From Octopus vulgaris (taxonomy: Eukaryota), in the NCBI GenBank assembly GCA_951406725.2, contig OX597834.1, positions 23,684,001-23,748,000 on the forward strand: 64,000 bases of DNA. Reading direction: 5' to 3'. Of the stretch, positions 14,288-27,002 are shown piece after piece. The notes under the pieces are model-generated. The model ran no database searches and was not told where the DNA came from. It worked only from the letters and a program-made list of their open reading frames with translations. Positions within the stretch are counted from its first letter, which is position 1. Every line of letters begins with the position of its first letter. The translations under genes and the position numbers were made by a program.

Positions 14288-16758
14288 CAAACTCACATAC
14301 AAGCCACTGGGCCATACATAAAGGTCTGCTGGTAAGTAGAAATGAAATATAAAACTCATTTAGTGAGACATCCTCTGAGTGAGGGCAGGTTACATTAGGG
14401 CGTTTGGCTTAATGAAACTGATTAATTAGCACAAGAGAGAGGGTGACATTAGAGAATAGATATTATGTTACAACATGGGATAAGGTTTCTAAACTAGACC
14501 AACATCACACTACATCAACCACTGCCACCACCACCACCACTACCTTCATGGACACCATTATTATATCTGAATAAATGATGGGATGGTCATGGTTGAAATG
14601 TCTTTTATCACAGGTTTGGTTGGTAGGGTTGCCTTTGAGCTAAACAATAACCACCACCAACAACAACATCAACAACCCTCTCCTGCTGCTGCTACTACTA
14701 CTACTACTATTACTACTCTCCTTACATTACAATACTAGAGTTACAAAGACATTGATATGGTTAATTAACTGAGGCATTGGAACAACATTGACAGAACATG
14801 ATACAGGAAGAGGAAGGGTCTATCTGATGGGAGTGCAAGGTGTACTTGAGTGATAATGATGAGAACAATAGTAATGATGATGATGATAGTGATGATGACG
14901 TTAATAAGGATGACAATGGTGATGATGATAATGGTGATGGTGACGGTGACCATGCCGACAATAATGATTATCTGCAACATTATTTGATAGCTGGAAGACG
15001 ATATGCTGTTCGTGTCTTACCTTTTTCTTCATCAGGAATTATGGGTAGGTTGACCTTCCTGAAAATAAAATATATAAATAAGTAAATAACTATATAAACA
15101 AGAGCACTCAGACAGTGCAAACCTCTGCCAAGGCAACACCAATGTCCTCTTAATGATTAGCCAGAGATGATCATTAAAATGAGAATGTATGAAATTCTCA
15201 CAAATGTGATTACTAAAAATGAACCCAACCGCTCTCAAAAATTGAGTAAAAAAAACAGATGAAATACCGCTAAGCAGAATTTCCCAACCCAGTCAGTGCT
15301 ATAAATGGTCATTTAGTAAGGTTGCTGTTAGTCAGTTCTGCTTGAGCGGAACTATCATTAAAGACATATCATCTATGACTATCCAGTCTCTTTTGTGGAG
15401 CATTATGTTTCTTGGATTACATTCTATAATGGGTCTGTAGCAAAATTTAAAACCAAATCAACTAATTGCCAAGTTAAAAACATGGCTAAGCAACAGCTTT
15501 TTCGTGTGATTGGCTGACTTATAGATTAAATAGCATCGAGACATTGCATGATGTACCTTTATAAAAGCTGCTAGAGTGTTCCTTTGCAAAGCTTACAGAT
15601 AGACACATTTTGAGCACCAAACTTATAAATATACACATTTTGAGCACTAAGGAACATGCTCAAGTGGTTAAGGTCAAGCAAGTGACAAGCAAATCTGAGG
15701 TATAATGATATTTCTGCTTCAGCAAGACAGTGCAGAATCTGTCTGAAACGTAATGGAATATAGGTCAGTTGCAAAACATTGACCTCCAGGTCACAAAACC
15801 AAAGTTTGAAGGGAATAGTTGTAATTAGAAGCAAATAGGAAATAACACTCAATGGCCAAAGACAAAGAAGAAGAAAAATAAAAATTTTGTTACACTGTCT
15901 TAGTTGCATTTGGGAATTCAGTGAGAAAATCAAATGACAGTTGCTTCTGATAGGAGCCTATGGAGATGACTGAGGACTATATCCCCATGACCCTCCCAGG
16001 AGTGGGTAGAGAAGATAAATGGAGAGACTTGTGTATTATTATATTTCTTTCCTTTCCTAAATTGCTTCTCAGATTCAGCAAATGTGATTTAGTTTTTGTT
16101 AAATGTTGCCTTTAGAGTGTTTAACTCTTACCAATGAATGTGTGACAGATTTTTATAACACATATATGTAATAGTTAATATTTTCACTCTTTTCATACTA
16201 AACCATTTTAGACTATCGCTGGTTCTATGATAAAACTTGGTACCAGAGCTTGGCTCTATGACAGACACTCCCTTAATTAAAGTGATCTAAATTGAAACCT
16301 TCCATCAAAATTTCATGTTAAACACCAGTTTAATAATGAGAAAGTTATTTCACTAAATTCTTCATTATTTTCAAAATTAAGAGAAGCAAAATCGGTGCAT
16401 TTCATCAAAAATATGGTAACAAGAGGGTTAAGAAAATATGGAGTTGGTTTCACTCTGAAACTTGTTTGAAATAAATTACTTTTATACTTATCCCCTTTAC
16501 CCCAGAAGATGATCCACTGTTTACTAGGATAGGGACATAGTGGATTAGAATAGAAAAGAAACAAGTACAAAAGTGTCCACCACATGTTAATGAAGAAAAT
16601 CAATGACATCCTTATCATTATATAATGTGTTTCACAGTTAATGTCTTTCTTGTATCGCTACACAAATATACAAATAAAGTTAACTTCTACCTACCAGAGA
16701 TATACCTAAGCATACGTTTATGCATAAGGGAAAAACTGTATATGCATGAAGGGAATAT

Positions 16759-16813
<55 letters not shown>

Positions 16814-16880
16814 CAGTCCTCAGTCAAATTGTCCAACCCATGCTAGCATGGAAAGCGGACATTAAACATGATGATGATGA

Positions 16881-16926
<46 letters not shown>

Positions 16927-17613
16927 ATGAGGTAGGGGTCACACTGGTCAGGTTGTAGGGAAGCTAAAAGGTACTCAGGGCTATAGAGAAGTGTGAAGGG
17001 TTACTTACAGCAGTTTTCAGGTAACTAAGAAGATATGCAGAGTGTAAGGAGTCTCTTCACTCAGCTTTGAAGAGACGCTGTGTATATATATATATATATA
17101 TAGATATAGATATATGCTATACATACAACATATATACATGTATACACCCACACGCACATTCATATTAAGGGCAGCTGGTGTGAGAAAGGGCATCCAACCT
17201 TGGAAATTCAGCCAAAGACACTAAAGCTTGAAGCTATAGGACACATCAGATCTTGACAAGGTGTCAAATGTTAAAAGAGGTTATATATATATTAAGGCAC
17301 TGGCATAGCTGTGAGGTTAAGACGCTTGCTTTGTAACCATGCTGTCTTGGGTTCAGTTCTACTGAGTAGCATCTTGGGCAAGACTCTTTTACAATAGCCC
17401 CAGATCAACCAAAGCCTTGTCAGTGAAAATGGTAAACGGAAACTGAGTAAAAGTCTATCATATATATGTGTGTGTGTCTGTGTGTATAGATATATGTATA
17501 TATATATATATTTGCCCTTTTCAAGCATAGCTAGGCTCATGGGCCTGGTTTCCCGGTTTCTGTGGCATATGTGTTTCCCCCCACCACCAGCTGGACGGGA
17601 TGCCAGTCCATCG

Positions 17614-17662
<49 letters not shown>

Positions 17663-17913
17663 TGTATTTGTAAACGTGCCTCAACTGTTTGTCAATGGGT
17701 GTTGGTTTGTTTACGTTCCCATAACTTACTGGTACAGCATAGGGGCTGATAAATAAATACCAGATTTCAACAAAATAATTACAAAGGTCAATTTGTTTAT
17801 CTAAAATAAAACCTTTCAAGGCGTTTCCCCATCATGACCGCAATTCATTGACTGAAACAAATTTAGCATGAAATATGTGCGTGTGTGTACGATTAAATAC
17901 ACACACACATACT

Positions 17914-17944
<31 letters not shown>

Positions 17945-18239
17945 CATCGTCATCATCGTTTAACGTCCGTTTTCCGTGCTAGCACGGGTTGGAAAGATGG
18001 ATGATGATGATGATGATATACATATATATATACATACACACACATATATATTTATATACATACATATATATACACACACACACATATACATATGTATACA
18101 CACACACATGCATGTACGTTATATATATATGAGTATGTATATGTAAATATAATTTGTCGGATTTGTTGTTATTTTACCTCATGTGTCCAGGTAAAGGCAA
18201 CTTGCTGTATCGTTTCAAACTAGACAATGGTGAACTCAT
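292..18239 (-). CDS. UBXN11: UBX domain-containing protein 11 (UBXN11/Socius) orthologue, multi-exon, 3' end outside the window
   Basis: 11 GT-AG exons join in frame: 18178-18239, 15021-15058, 12230-12355, 11484-11569, 10071-10125, 8100-8176, 6858-6972, 6022-6152, 4703-4870, 1171-1330, 292-395. Translation includes [80 protein letters not shown] (SEP domain) and [16 protein letters not shown]. These match my recollection of human UBXN11 (MSSPLASL, QVREMERFLSDYGLQWVGE, GFFPSELQRLYPNGVPFK). Confidence 0.93.
661..1062 (-). mobile_element. CORE-like tRNA SINE with internal microsatellite
   Basis: Family head ggctgtgtggtaagtagcttgc…ggttcagtccc…ttgggcaagtgtctt; other copies near 3723-4090 (-), 10865-11205, 24535-24915 (-), 41815-42215 (-), 55855-56220, 63174-63540. 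Confidence 0.8.
1171..1330 (-). CDS. UBXN11: UBXN11 exon 10 (VIDNRNIEY…AFPGIGQLL…), SHP-box-like FPGxG motif
   Basis: aag acceptor, GTAAGT donor; FPGxG motif. Confidence 0.88.
1584..1810. mobile_element. Tc1/mariner-type MITE
   Basis: About 37-bp TIRs (cagggttggccaaaagtcacctgacagtaaatcaaaa), TA flanks. Confidence 0.8.
2268..2845 (+). mobile_element. Penelope-like pLTR fragment with inverted 5' segment, in a (TA)n tract
   Basis: About 85-bp inverted repeat (2268-2353/2360-2442), internal hammerhead motif, TA tracts on both sides. Confidence 0.55.
2643..2722 (+). ncRNA. Type I hammerhead ribozyme motif
   Basis: Stem I GATCGCA/TGTGATT; core CTGACGA (2650-2656); stem II AACTA/TAGTT extended to a GTAA-capped hairpin; GAAA (2703-2706); stem III ACC-gcc-GGT; cleavage triplet GUA (2713-2715). 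Confidence 0.75.
2868..3445 (+). mobile_element. RTE 3'-UTR-derived repeat with about 62-bp tandem units
   Basis: Tandem gtggcacataaaaaacaccatccga… units, then gaagggcatccagctgtagaaac and a (GAT)n tail; similar copies near 1826-2246, 10440-10860, 12410-12803, 21670-22045, 42830-43075, 53802-54125 (-), 57205-57550. Confidence 0.8.
4703..4870 (-). CDS. UBXN11: UBXN11 exon 9, SEP domain
   Basis: [56 protein letters not shown]; tag/GTAAAT splice sites. Confidence 0.93.
5030..5305 (-). mobile_element. CR1-type LINE 3' end
   Basis: [21 protein letters not shown]…SFK; a related tail lies near 14175-14285 (+). Confidence 0.72.
5318..5529. mobile_element. Mariner-derived MITE
   Basis: TIRs tatgagggggttgctgaaaagttcctggcttt / aaagcaaggaacttttcagcacctcctcgta. 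Confidence 0.75.
6022..6152 (-). CDS. UBXN11: UBXN11 exon 8 (…[20 protein letters not shown]…GARLK)
   Basis: tttctgtag acceptor, GTAAGT donor; conserved GARL. Confidence 0.92.
6390..6790 (+). mobile_element. Mariner transposase 3' relic
   Basis: [11 protein letters not shown] (similar to LHHDNAxxH), [15 protein letters not shown] (similar to PYSPDLAPxDFxLFP), TIR-like end. Confidence 0.8.
6858..6972 (-). CDS. UBXN11: UBXN11 exon 7 ([13 protein letters not shown]...LWSP)
   Basis: Signature FLxDYGLxWVGE; cag/GTATGA splice sites. Confidence 0.92.
7725..7885. repeat. 60-bp minisatellite, about 2.7 copies
   Basis: gacaacagagtggg.tctactaaaggta.ccaaggaccagtcagtaatgttaaat repeated at 60-bp period. 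Confidence 0.85.
8100..8176 (-). CDS. UBXN11: UBXN11 exon 6 ([26 protein letters not shown])
   Basis: acacag acceptor, GTCAGT donor; conserved QxREME. Confidence 0.9.
8826..9208 (+). mobile_element. tRNA-derived SINE with 12-bp TSD
   Basis: A box TGGCCCAGTGG, B box GGTTTCGATTCC; TSD CATCTGAAGATT at 8814-8825 and 9209-9220. Confidence 0.88.
9422..9895 (+). mobile_element. Head-to-tail dimer of a SINE with a Nin-like central domain
   Basis: Two near-identical units about 239 bp apart, each with gagttcaaattcc and gactttgcctttcatcctttcggggtcgat. Confidence 0.8.
10071..10125 (-). CDS. UBXN11: UBXN11 exon 5 ([18 protein letters not shown])
   Basis: cag acceptor, GTAAGT donor, phases 0/1. Confidence 0.85.
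11484..11569 (-). CDS. UBXN11: UBXN11 exon 4 ([29 protein letters not shown])
   Basis: Coiled-coil segment resembling human SELMAFMTRKL..EILSK; GTACGT donor. Confidence 0.82.
12230..12355 (-). CDS. UBXN11: UBXN11 exon 3 ([16 protein letters not shown]...SPLCS)
   Basis: tttgttttcag acceptor, GTATTC donor; open frame, phases 1/1. Confidence 0.75.
13045..13848 (-). mobile_element. tRNA-SINE (family of the 8826 copy) interrupted by an RTE LINE fragment
   Basis: SINE halves at 13045-13140 and 13558-13848. Confidence 0.78.
13141..13557 (+). mobile_element. 5'-truncated RTE-clade LINE 3' end
   Basis: [10 protein letters not shown]…[10 protein letters not shown]…LLLWKP…GR; (TGA)n tail. Confidence 0.85.
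15021..15058 (-). CDS. UBXN11: UBXN11 exon 2 ([13 protein letters not shown])
   Basis: ttttattttcag acceptor, GTAAGA donor; phases 2/1 fit both neighbours. Confidence 0.78.
18178..18239 (-). CDS. UBXN11: UBXN11 coding exon 1 ([20 protein letters not shown])
   Basis: ATG at 18239-18237; donor AG|GTAAAA; phase 2. Confidence 0.88.
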
Positions 18240-18394
18240 CCTCAACACCCCTACACACTCCTCTTTATATATATATATATCTACACACACACACACACAC
18301 TAGTGTGTCTATGTCACTTTATTTTTATTTCTTCTTCTGTAGCAACTTCTCTCACTGCTACCACTTTCGTGTTGTCAAGGACGCCATATTTTAT

Positions 18395-18435
18395 ACACGC
18401 CGGAAGCTGTACAATAAACTTCCGCTTTCCGTTGT
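18395..18435. promoter_or_regulatory. Putative UBXN11 promoter with ETS-like motifs
   Basis: CCGGAAG and ACTTCCG about 160-190 bp upstream of the ATG in a locally CpG-containing patch. Confidence 0.4.
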
Positions 18436-21344
18436 TAGGGGTGGGATTTTGTTCGATTATTCGAGAACATCCTGCTTATCAGTACTCGTTTTGTCTCTGG
18501 AGACTGAATTCTAATCCAGTTGTAGTCAACGTCATCTTTCTTGGTGTTAGGTCAATAAAATAAAATAAATGATTAACTCCTTCCCCATAAGATTTCAGGT
18601 TTTGTGCCAACATCAGAAGCCTAAATTCACCCCAATTTCATAAACCTACCCAGGCTGGTTATAACCATAGATTAAGCCATGCTACTCCGTTTTTTGTTTC
18701 TTCATAATTCTCTGAAAGATGCGAATTTCTAAAGAAATTTTTCAGAGATATATTTTCGGGACTATAGATTACGAATTAAGTTCATAGCATTTAATTTTCT
18801 TTTTCATTTTGGATCATTCTTTTCCCTCAAAGTGTTTCTTCTAGTTCATTACATTTCGCGGTGAAATTCTGCCATGGTCAACATTGTTACGGTATTGTTG
18901 GTTGGGGTCGATAAATTAAGCACCAGTTACGCACTGGGTCGATGTAATCGACTTAATACCTATGTCTGTCCTTGTTTGTCCCCTCTGTGTTTAGCCCCTT
19001 GTGGGTAATAAAGAAATAGGTATTGTTGGTTGGACAAAATAAACTAAACAACTGACTTCTCCCTAAAGTTAAGGGGTTTTTCCCCCAATATTTACAAGCC
19101 AAAACTCACCCTTTGTCAGTTCAAAACATTTTCTCGAGTTTGTTCCTAAGTCTAAACTGGTTGTCAGACATTTTCTTGGCTCTTGTCTCATACGTTTCTG
19201 AGTAATATAAAGCTTTCCTTTTCAAAGTTCCAACTTACTCTGGTAATTAAAAAGAAAAATTGAGGAATGCGTATAATAAATGATACATGTACGCCTGAGA
19301 AATATGTCCTGTATATCAGATATGGTAACAGGACAGGTAAACGGTTAACCAACCCAGATTGGGAATACTTGCAGATAGGCGCCTCTCATCTTGATTTTAT
19401 TATCTCGTAACTTCTTGAAAAATACGGAATTTTTTTAATCGACAGTTTTTTTTTTTTCTCGAACAAATCTTTTCGAGGGTGTAAATTACGATTATGTTGA
19501 TAAAAGTTTTTTTTAAAAAAGAGCCTTTTAAAAAAACATTTTGGCTCGTTCTCACCCCACTTCTGACCATAGTTCTTCACAACTCTCTTTAAAATAAAAC
19601 TTTTTATATAATATCTTGCAGAAATATATTTTTGCAGGTGTAGTTTACGTAGTGTAAATGCTTATAGACATTTAAAACCTATGAACGAATGAACAATATT
19701 AGAAGTTAAGGAAGCTCATGGTAACGAACCTGAGGCATTTTTCGAAACTTCTCCATTTCCTTTTTCCCTAAATTTTTACCGACATAACCGTACTATAAAC
19801 CATCGAAATTCTGCTGCTGTGAAATTTCATTAAAAAATATGCATTTTTCAGTAAGTTATGAGTGAACTGAGTCTGAGAGGTGAATGCACCAATGTATAGA
19901 CATGTCTCTTTAGATTGTTGCTGGTGGTATTTAGCCATAGGTTAGCGCTGAACGAGCAAGCCTATGATCAAGACCATTGCCACCTGTAACCGTTCCAAAG
20001 ACAATGGGCGATCCTTCATACTTTGGAAGAAATAAAAACAAAAACCAATGTAACAATACAAAAAACGAACGTCCTCAAATATTCTTTAAAAAACAACGAT
20101 GGCTGCGAAGATATATTTATGATATTTTTTATCAACATTTATTAATGTAATTGTATAATTTTATTAAATAATCTTTCTACTTATTTTATCGATCCCAGAA
20201 GGATGAAAGGGGTATGTTCACATCTTGACCCGAAGTCCTCTCCCCACTCTCTTGGAGAAGGTTTTCCCCACAAATTTCTTTATAATCGTAATGTATGCTG
20301 TTGGAAAGATATTTCTATAAAATTTCATTGAGAAAAACCCCATTTTCCTAAAAGTTACGAGAGAAAAGCTCGGATCTTGTGAATTTTCCGAAGTCTTCTC
20401 CTCACCCCCTTGGAAAAGATTTTCCCCACAAATCTCTTTATAATCGTAATGTCCGATATAAACAATAACCAGATGAAAGGTAAAGTCGACCTTGGTGGTA
20501 TTTGAACTCGTAGAGGCGGACCTTAGAACTCTTAGTTGCTAAGCATCTCCTAGTTATGTAGTGAAGAAGTTTGCTTCCCAATCATGTGGTTTTTAGGTTC
20601 AATCCCACTGGCAGCGCTTTGGGCAAGTGTCTTCTTCTATAGCGCTAGGCCAACTGAAGCCTTATCCATGGATTTGGGAGAAAGAAACTGAAAGAAACTC
20701 ATCTTCACCAGAGCTCAATTCTCATTCTCCTCTTCCTATTCAGTGTCATTATCATTCTCCAGGCCATTACAGAGGAATTTAAAACCGGCTACCGCTAGGA
20801 ACTACTATATGCTGATCATTTCACTCTCATGGCAGAATCTCTAACAGAATTGGGGAAAGAAATTCCCAGTGTAGAATCAAAACCAGAAATCAAGAAGCCT
20901 TAAAGTTAACTTAGCAAAGACCAAAGTTCTAGTAAGCAAGAAAATAGACAAGACTCTACCACCTTCAGGTAAATGGCCTTGCTTGATATGTAGGAAAGGT
21001 GTAGGCAGAAATTCCATGCAGTGCAAGCTATGGACCCACAAGCAGTGCAGTGGAATCACAGAATCGTTAACAGAGAAAGGAAGCATTCAGACAGTTTATC
21101 ACAGCAAAAGATGAAATTTTTTTTAAAGATGGAATATATGACTTAGAGAAACGTTGGGTAAATGTCATAAATGAACATAGATCATACTTTGATTATATAA
21201 ATTAGTTCTCTAATGCTTCTGAAACATTTTATTATTACCTTTCAAATACATTTCATGTGTGACAACCTAATATACTGATAATAACTCATATGAGTACACA
21301 TTATGTGAAATGATAAGTAAATTAACACATGAGGGAAAAAAAAA

Positions 21345-21565
21345 ATCAATGTTTCAGAGGACCACAGCTCTTTAACATCCTCCCTAAATGCCTGAGAGAC
21401 TTGCATGGTGTGGATGTGGGTTTCTTTAAAACTAAACTGGATCTCTTCTTGTCGGGGGTCCCAGATGAACCTACCTCACGACAGGAGACACAGATGCGGG
21501 CAGCGGCATCAAACAACCTTGTTGACCAAGTGCCACGTATCAGAGGTGGATTCACATATTAGTGT
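21345..21565 (+). mobile_element. CR1/L2-type LINE 3' end
   Basis: FRGPQLFNILPKCLRDL…FKTKLDLFLSGVPDEP. Confidence 0.75.
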
Positions 21566-22141
21566 AGCTCATTCAGCAGTGGTGCCCCAGCATGGCCGCG
21601 GCCTTCAGGCTAAAACATTTTTAAGGATTTAAGTTTATAAAATTACTAATTACATCAATGTTGGGTGACATGCTGTGCTTGTGAAGACCTGTCAAGCCAA
21701 GTGGTTGTGGCCGATGCCAGTGCTGTCTGACTGGCACATAAAAAGCACCAATCGAGTGTTGGGCTTCATGGAGGCAGTGACAGATGACCAAGAACCTGGG
21801 CGATATACAATTCTGTGTATACCTGTCAAGCTAGATAAGAGCATAGTCATGGCTGATGCCAATAGCACCTAAAAAGCCCCCCCACAACATTCTTGGAGTG
21901 GTTGGTGTTAGGAAGGGCATCCCACCATAGAAACCTTGCCAAATCAGATCAGAACCTGGTGCAGCTCCCTGACTTACTAGTTTTCAGTCAAACTGTCCAA
22001 TCCATGCCAGCATGGAAAACGGATGTTATATGATGATGATGACTAACAAGCAAAAGAAAACAAAATAATTTGATCAAGAAACATTCAGTTGAACCAGTTA
22101 TTAGGATTTTATTTCCCTACAAGCTGAATTTTGATACAGAA

Positions 22142-23419
22142 TCATGATGAATCATGATGAACACTGATATGTCTCTTTAGATGACTTTTCTCAGCAAATG
22201 AATTACCACACATGTCACAGTGGAATGGTTTCTCTCCTGTATGGATACGTTTATGAGACGTGACCTGACCAGCTTGACAGAACGATTTACCACAGATGTC
22301 ACAGTGATAGGGTTTCTCTCCTGTGTGAATGAGTTTGTGAGTAGTCAAATTACTACTGCCTGAGAATGATTTACCACAAATATTACACTGATATGGTCTT
22401 TCTCCTGTATGAGTCCGTTTGTGTTTACCTAATGCACTATTGACAGAGAATGATTTATCACAGATATCACAGTGGTATGGCTTCTCCCCTGTATGAATAC
22501 GTTTATGTCTAGTTAAGTTACTGCATATAGAGAACGATTTACCACAGATATCACAGTCATATGGTTTCTCTCCTGTATGAATACGTCTGTGTACAGTTAA
22601 CTCACCATTCTGAGAGAATGATTTACCACAGATGTCACAGTGATATGGCCTCTCTCCTGTATGAATATGTTTGTGAGTGTTCAAGTCACCAAGCTGAGAG
22701 AATGATTTACCACAGACATCACAGTGATACGGCTTCTCTCCTGTATGAACACGTTTGTGAGTAGTTAGGTTACCTTTTTGAGAGAAAGAAATTTTACAGA
22801 TATCACAGTTGTATGGTTTCTCTCTCGTATGAATAAGTTTGTGAGTAGTTAAGTCACTACTTCCAGAGAATGATTTACCACAAATATCACAGTGATATGG
22901 TTTTTCACCTGTATGAATACGTTTGTGTTTAGTTAAGTGACTTCCATCATAAAATGATTTACCACAGATATCACACTGATATGGTTTCTCTCCTGTGTGA
23001 ATACGTTTATGTTTCGTGAAATGGCTACTATCAGAAAATGATTTACCACAGATATCACAGTGATATGGTTTCTCTCCTCTATGGATACGTTTATGTGTAG
23101 CTAAGTGACTACCATCAGAGAATAATTTACCACAGATATCACAGTCATACGGCTTCTCTCCTGTATGAATACGTCTGTGAGTAGTTAAGTGACTACTTAC
23201 AGAGAATGATTTACCACAGATATCACAGTGATATGGTTTCTCTCCTGTATGAATACGTCTGTGAGTTGTTAAGTTACTTTTATGAGAGAATGACTTTTTA
23301 CAGATATCACATTGATATAATATTTTCCTTTTTTCTTTCTTAATATAGTTGGGGAAATTTATTCTTTGCCACTGTGTATTACGTTGGGCTTTTTTTTCAC
23401 ACATTTCATTTTCCATCAT
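22142..23419 (-). CDS. C2H2 zinc-finger protein A1, 14 tandem fingers
   Basis: 425-aa ORF of CxxC-12-HxxxH units with TGEKPY linkers; coding exon begins at 23707 after a tttatttcag acceptor; AATAAA about 30 nt after the stop. Confidence 0.95.
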   Translation of the reverse strand: MMENEMCEKKAQRNTQWQRINFPNYIKKEKRKILYQCDICKKSFSHKSNLTTHRRIHTGEKPYHCDICGKSFSVSSHLTTHRRIHTGEKPYDCDICGKLFSDGSHLATHKRIHRGEKPYHCDICGKSFSDSSHFTKHKRIHTGEKPYQCDICGKSFYDGSHLTKHKRIHTGEKPYHCDICGKSFSGSSDLTTHKLIHTREKPYNCDICKISFSQKGNLTTHKRVHTGEKPYHCDVCGKSFSQLGDLNTHKHIHTGERPYHCDICGKSFSQNGELTVHRRIHTGEKPYDCDICGKSFSICSNLTRHKRIHTGEKPYHCDICDKSFSVNSALGKHKRTHTGERPYQCNICGKSFSGSSNLTTHKLIHTGEKPYHCDICGKSFCQAGQVTSHKRIHTGEKPFHCDMCGNSFAEKSHLKRHISVHHDSS

Positions 23420-26400
23420 TCTTTATCTTTCTCCACAATATAGATGCTTTTTTTTTCTTCTGCTATATTTCCCTCAACTGTAATCTTGATAAATATTTGA
23501 AGATGCTGCAAACTCCCTTGTAATCCAATTTCAATTAGAATATAAAATCATTTTCTACACATTTCAAACAGAAAAGACAGGAAATTCTGCTATTAATTTC
23601 CATTTTTTGATGGTAATATTTTCTGTAGAGTCCTTCTTTCTTTACATGATGATAAATATTGATGGATCTTAGGCAAATAATTCTTTTATGGCATCATCAT
23701 CTATATTCTGAAATAAAAGGAGAACAAATATAAAATATAGAGGATATTTCTATAAAAAGTAGACATTTTGTTACATTATTTTTATTTGTGACGAATTTTT
23801 GGCATAATCTCTGGTAGCACTTCCCTTAATCAACCCAAAAAGGGTGAAAGACAAACCTGACCTCAATGAGATGTGTAAAGAGTGAGAAAAAATGCTGCTA
23901 AGCATGGACTAAGGATTTTGACTACTCCCCACCTAAGAATAATGAAAAATCCTTTCTAATATAGGCACAAGGCCTGAAAATCTGGGGATGGGGAGAGCTG
24001 ATTATATTGACCCCAGTACTTAGCTGGTACTTATTTTTATTGATCTCAAAAGGATGAAAGGTTTAAGCACCCCTTGTAACCCTTCATAACATTTTCTGTT
24101 TCTTGGAATTTTCAGAAAACCTTTGTGAATTTGTTTTGTACACACAGGAGTTCATGTGATTATGGAAAAAAGGTTTATTTTAATTCAACCTTTTTAAATA
24201 TTGGAAATCCTTTGAAATCCAAATTCGCAATGTTAAAAATATTGACACATATGCACGGCATATTATGGATTCTGGATCAATGTACACTATGTAATCAATC
24301 ATAACTTTTGTTGGTATTTTCGGAATTATTTTGTCAATTTGTGTTCTACACATTAGACCTTGTACAACTGTGCAAAAATGTATTTTATTAAAATTTTCCC
24401 ATCCCTCCTATCACCCAATAATCCTTGTGGATACTCAAATTCGATCTAATGCATATCAATCACACAGGTATTGGGGAGTGTGAAGTATCTGCTGAGATTT
24501 ATCCATAGGGATTTAAAAGAAGGCACATTCTCTTACTTATTTCAGTTGTTTGATTGCAACCATGCTGGAGCACCGCCTTTAGTCGAACAAAGTGGTACCA
24601 AGACTTATTCTTTGTAAGCCTAGTACTTATTCCATCGTTTTCTTTTGCTGAACTGCTAAGTTACAGGGACATAAACATAGTAACATCGGTTGTACAGTGA
24701 TGGCGGGGTGGGAGGGAATTAAACACAGACACACAAACATGTACATGTATACACTTTGGGCTTCTTTCAGTTTCCATCTACCAAATCCACTCACAAGGCT
24801 TTGCAGGGCCTGAGGCCATAGTAGAAGACACTTGCCTAAGGTGTCATGCAGTGGGACTGAACCTGGAACTATGTGGTTAGAAAGCAAGCTTCTTACTACA
24901 CAGCCATGTCTGCACCTATAAGTAAATGAGAATTTATAATAATAGCATACTTTTCTGTTAGTAAGTTTTTTTTTTTCTGACACAATACAGACACACCTGC
25001 TTGGTGCATGGGAGGGTAGGGGTGTAAGGATTTAAATTACAAAACGTTTTTTGTTTTTGTTTTGCTTGAACCCCCAGCGATAAACCCTCCCTTGGGCGCA
25101 TCATCATTCCACTGTATATTTTTATGGGGACAAAGTATTGAAAAACATCAATACATGTCAGAGTGACAGAAAGCGAGGAAGGTACCCTGTGGACTTGGGA
25201 TATGCCGAGAGCAACAGCTAAATGTCTCTTAAATCACACACATTTTCGTCTGAAAATTATTTTGAACTTATAATCAGAAACAAATTTAGGAATCGAACTA
25301 TCTGTATTTTGAAACTATGATTTTATATTTAATTCGAGAAAGAGTGGAATTTTAGGATTTATGGGGATGGAGACGAAAAATGTTCTAAAAATTGCTTTTG
25401 CCGAATTCCCGTATGTAGAACACAAATTCACGAAAATATGTAAGCTACGAGGAGTTACATGGAGTGCTGAAACAAGAATTTCACCATGAGTTGTCAAGTA
25501 TGTATAGAAATAAAGGTAAATGGCGACTAAACAATGTTCCGAAATGACATTAAGAAATACAAACGATCTCTTTGCGTTGATCTGAAGATATGGCGGAATA
25601 AAGATAACTGAAATGGGGTGTGGAAAGGAAAACTAAAAGTATTAAAACAACAAAAGGCAATGTAATTAAAGCAAGTTTTTTAACTCACTATATTATATAG
25701 GACTACCATATCGGAATTAAGACAACATCGTTACTTCAGGAAAATTTCTTCTTTACTTCACTTTCTTTCCATCATCTTTGAACACATCCAAACAAACGAC
25801 CTGTACAATGTAGATGTTGTTTCTGTTAATAATACTTACATATTAATATAGAGCCATTGACGAAGATGCCACGATAGATTCAAATAGTCACAACTCAGAC
25901 TGGACGATGACAGCTTCAACACAACTTCTATATTTTACAACAAACCTTCATTCAAATTTTTCACATCGACATATTAAAGAAAGCTACAGTATTATCTTTT
26001 CATAGTTAATTAGCAATCATCTCTAATTAACTGGATCACTTAAATGTCAGTTGAAAACAAGATCTGTCCTCGAAATTAAAGATGTTTATCAAACAATAGA
26101 ATAATTTAGCTAGTCTTAACAATTAATTCTCTCCCTGCTTTCAACATAAGTCTTTATATATATTCTGGTTTCCCTTATATATATTTTTTTATCTTCTAAA
26201 AGATGTAAATCTGAGCATTCCAGTTCCGTATTATTCTCCGCATCATTAAAAACGGTGTCAAAACATCTATATACCTCACAATGACATGTTCCATATGCTT
26301 CCCCCCCCCCACTTTGTTTTTAGAATAATTTTAGAGTTTGAAAAGGAAAATATATCAACCCTTAACATCAATATTAGATTAATGACGAAATTCCGATGAT

Positions 26401-26467
26401 GCATATATGTTAAGACTTAAGTCTTGACTTGCAAGCGTTTCCTCACATCCTTGACGTAGAAAATTTA

Positions 26468-26857
26468 GGATCTTTTCGGTTTGAACGGCAGTTTTTTCTG
26501 GCGGTGTCATATGAAATTGTCACCCTAGTATCGATCTATTGCATTTCAATCTGTTTTGGGGTTAGAGTTGGGGATGGGGTAAGGGTATCTTTTTTTTCTT
26601 CACAAATGTAAATAAACTCAATCAGTTTGTTTTTTTACGTCAATGCTTTTTTTTACCTCAATAGACGTCCGTGATTGGTTGAAATTGCAGAAATTGAAGA
26701 AAAAAAAACAACAAACACCTTACAAACTATAGAATTTTCTCAATAAAGCCAAGAGAAAAAGATGTTTTATAAACACATTCTACCAGTATACGAAGTTTAA
26801 ATTTTTTTAGTTACCTAGAAATTATGTTGAAACCTGCCGTTGAAACCGAAAAGATCC
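26468..26857. mobile_element. GGATC-ended MITE with 8-bp TSD (MULE/Merlin-like, unassigned)
   Basis: TIR ggatcttttcggtttgaacggcagttt; TSD AAAATTTA on both sides. Confidence 0.85.
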
Positions 26858-26943
26858 AAAATTTATGACCAGCTATCGACAAATCATTGGCTTTGTGGAC
26901 ACAAAATCTTAGGAAACCTCATGTCCAAAATTAAAAATTTTTG

Positions 26944-26999
<56 letters not shown>

Positions 27000-27002
<3 letters not shown>

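Noticed and set aside
14761-15085. Low-complexity Asp/Ser/Ile-rich ORFs
   Set aside because: Degenerate (GAT)n microsatellite in a UBXN11 intron.
16495-16525. Possible extra UBXN11 micro-exon
   Set aside because: Exons 1 and 2 already join in frame without it, and the candidate's phase does not fit.
16925-17080. Insert in (TA)n with a 9-bp hairpin (gtctcttca/tgaagagac)
   Set aside because: Possibly the same class as the hammerhead-bearing elements, but no convincing core could be assigned.
22561-22764. Antisense ORFs over ZNF genes ([10 protein letters not shown]…; also 58148, 58300, 59308)
   Set aside because: Shadow frames of the 84-bp finger repeat.
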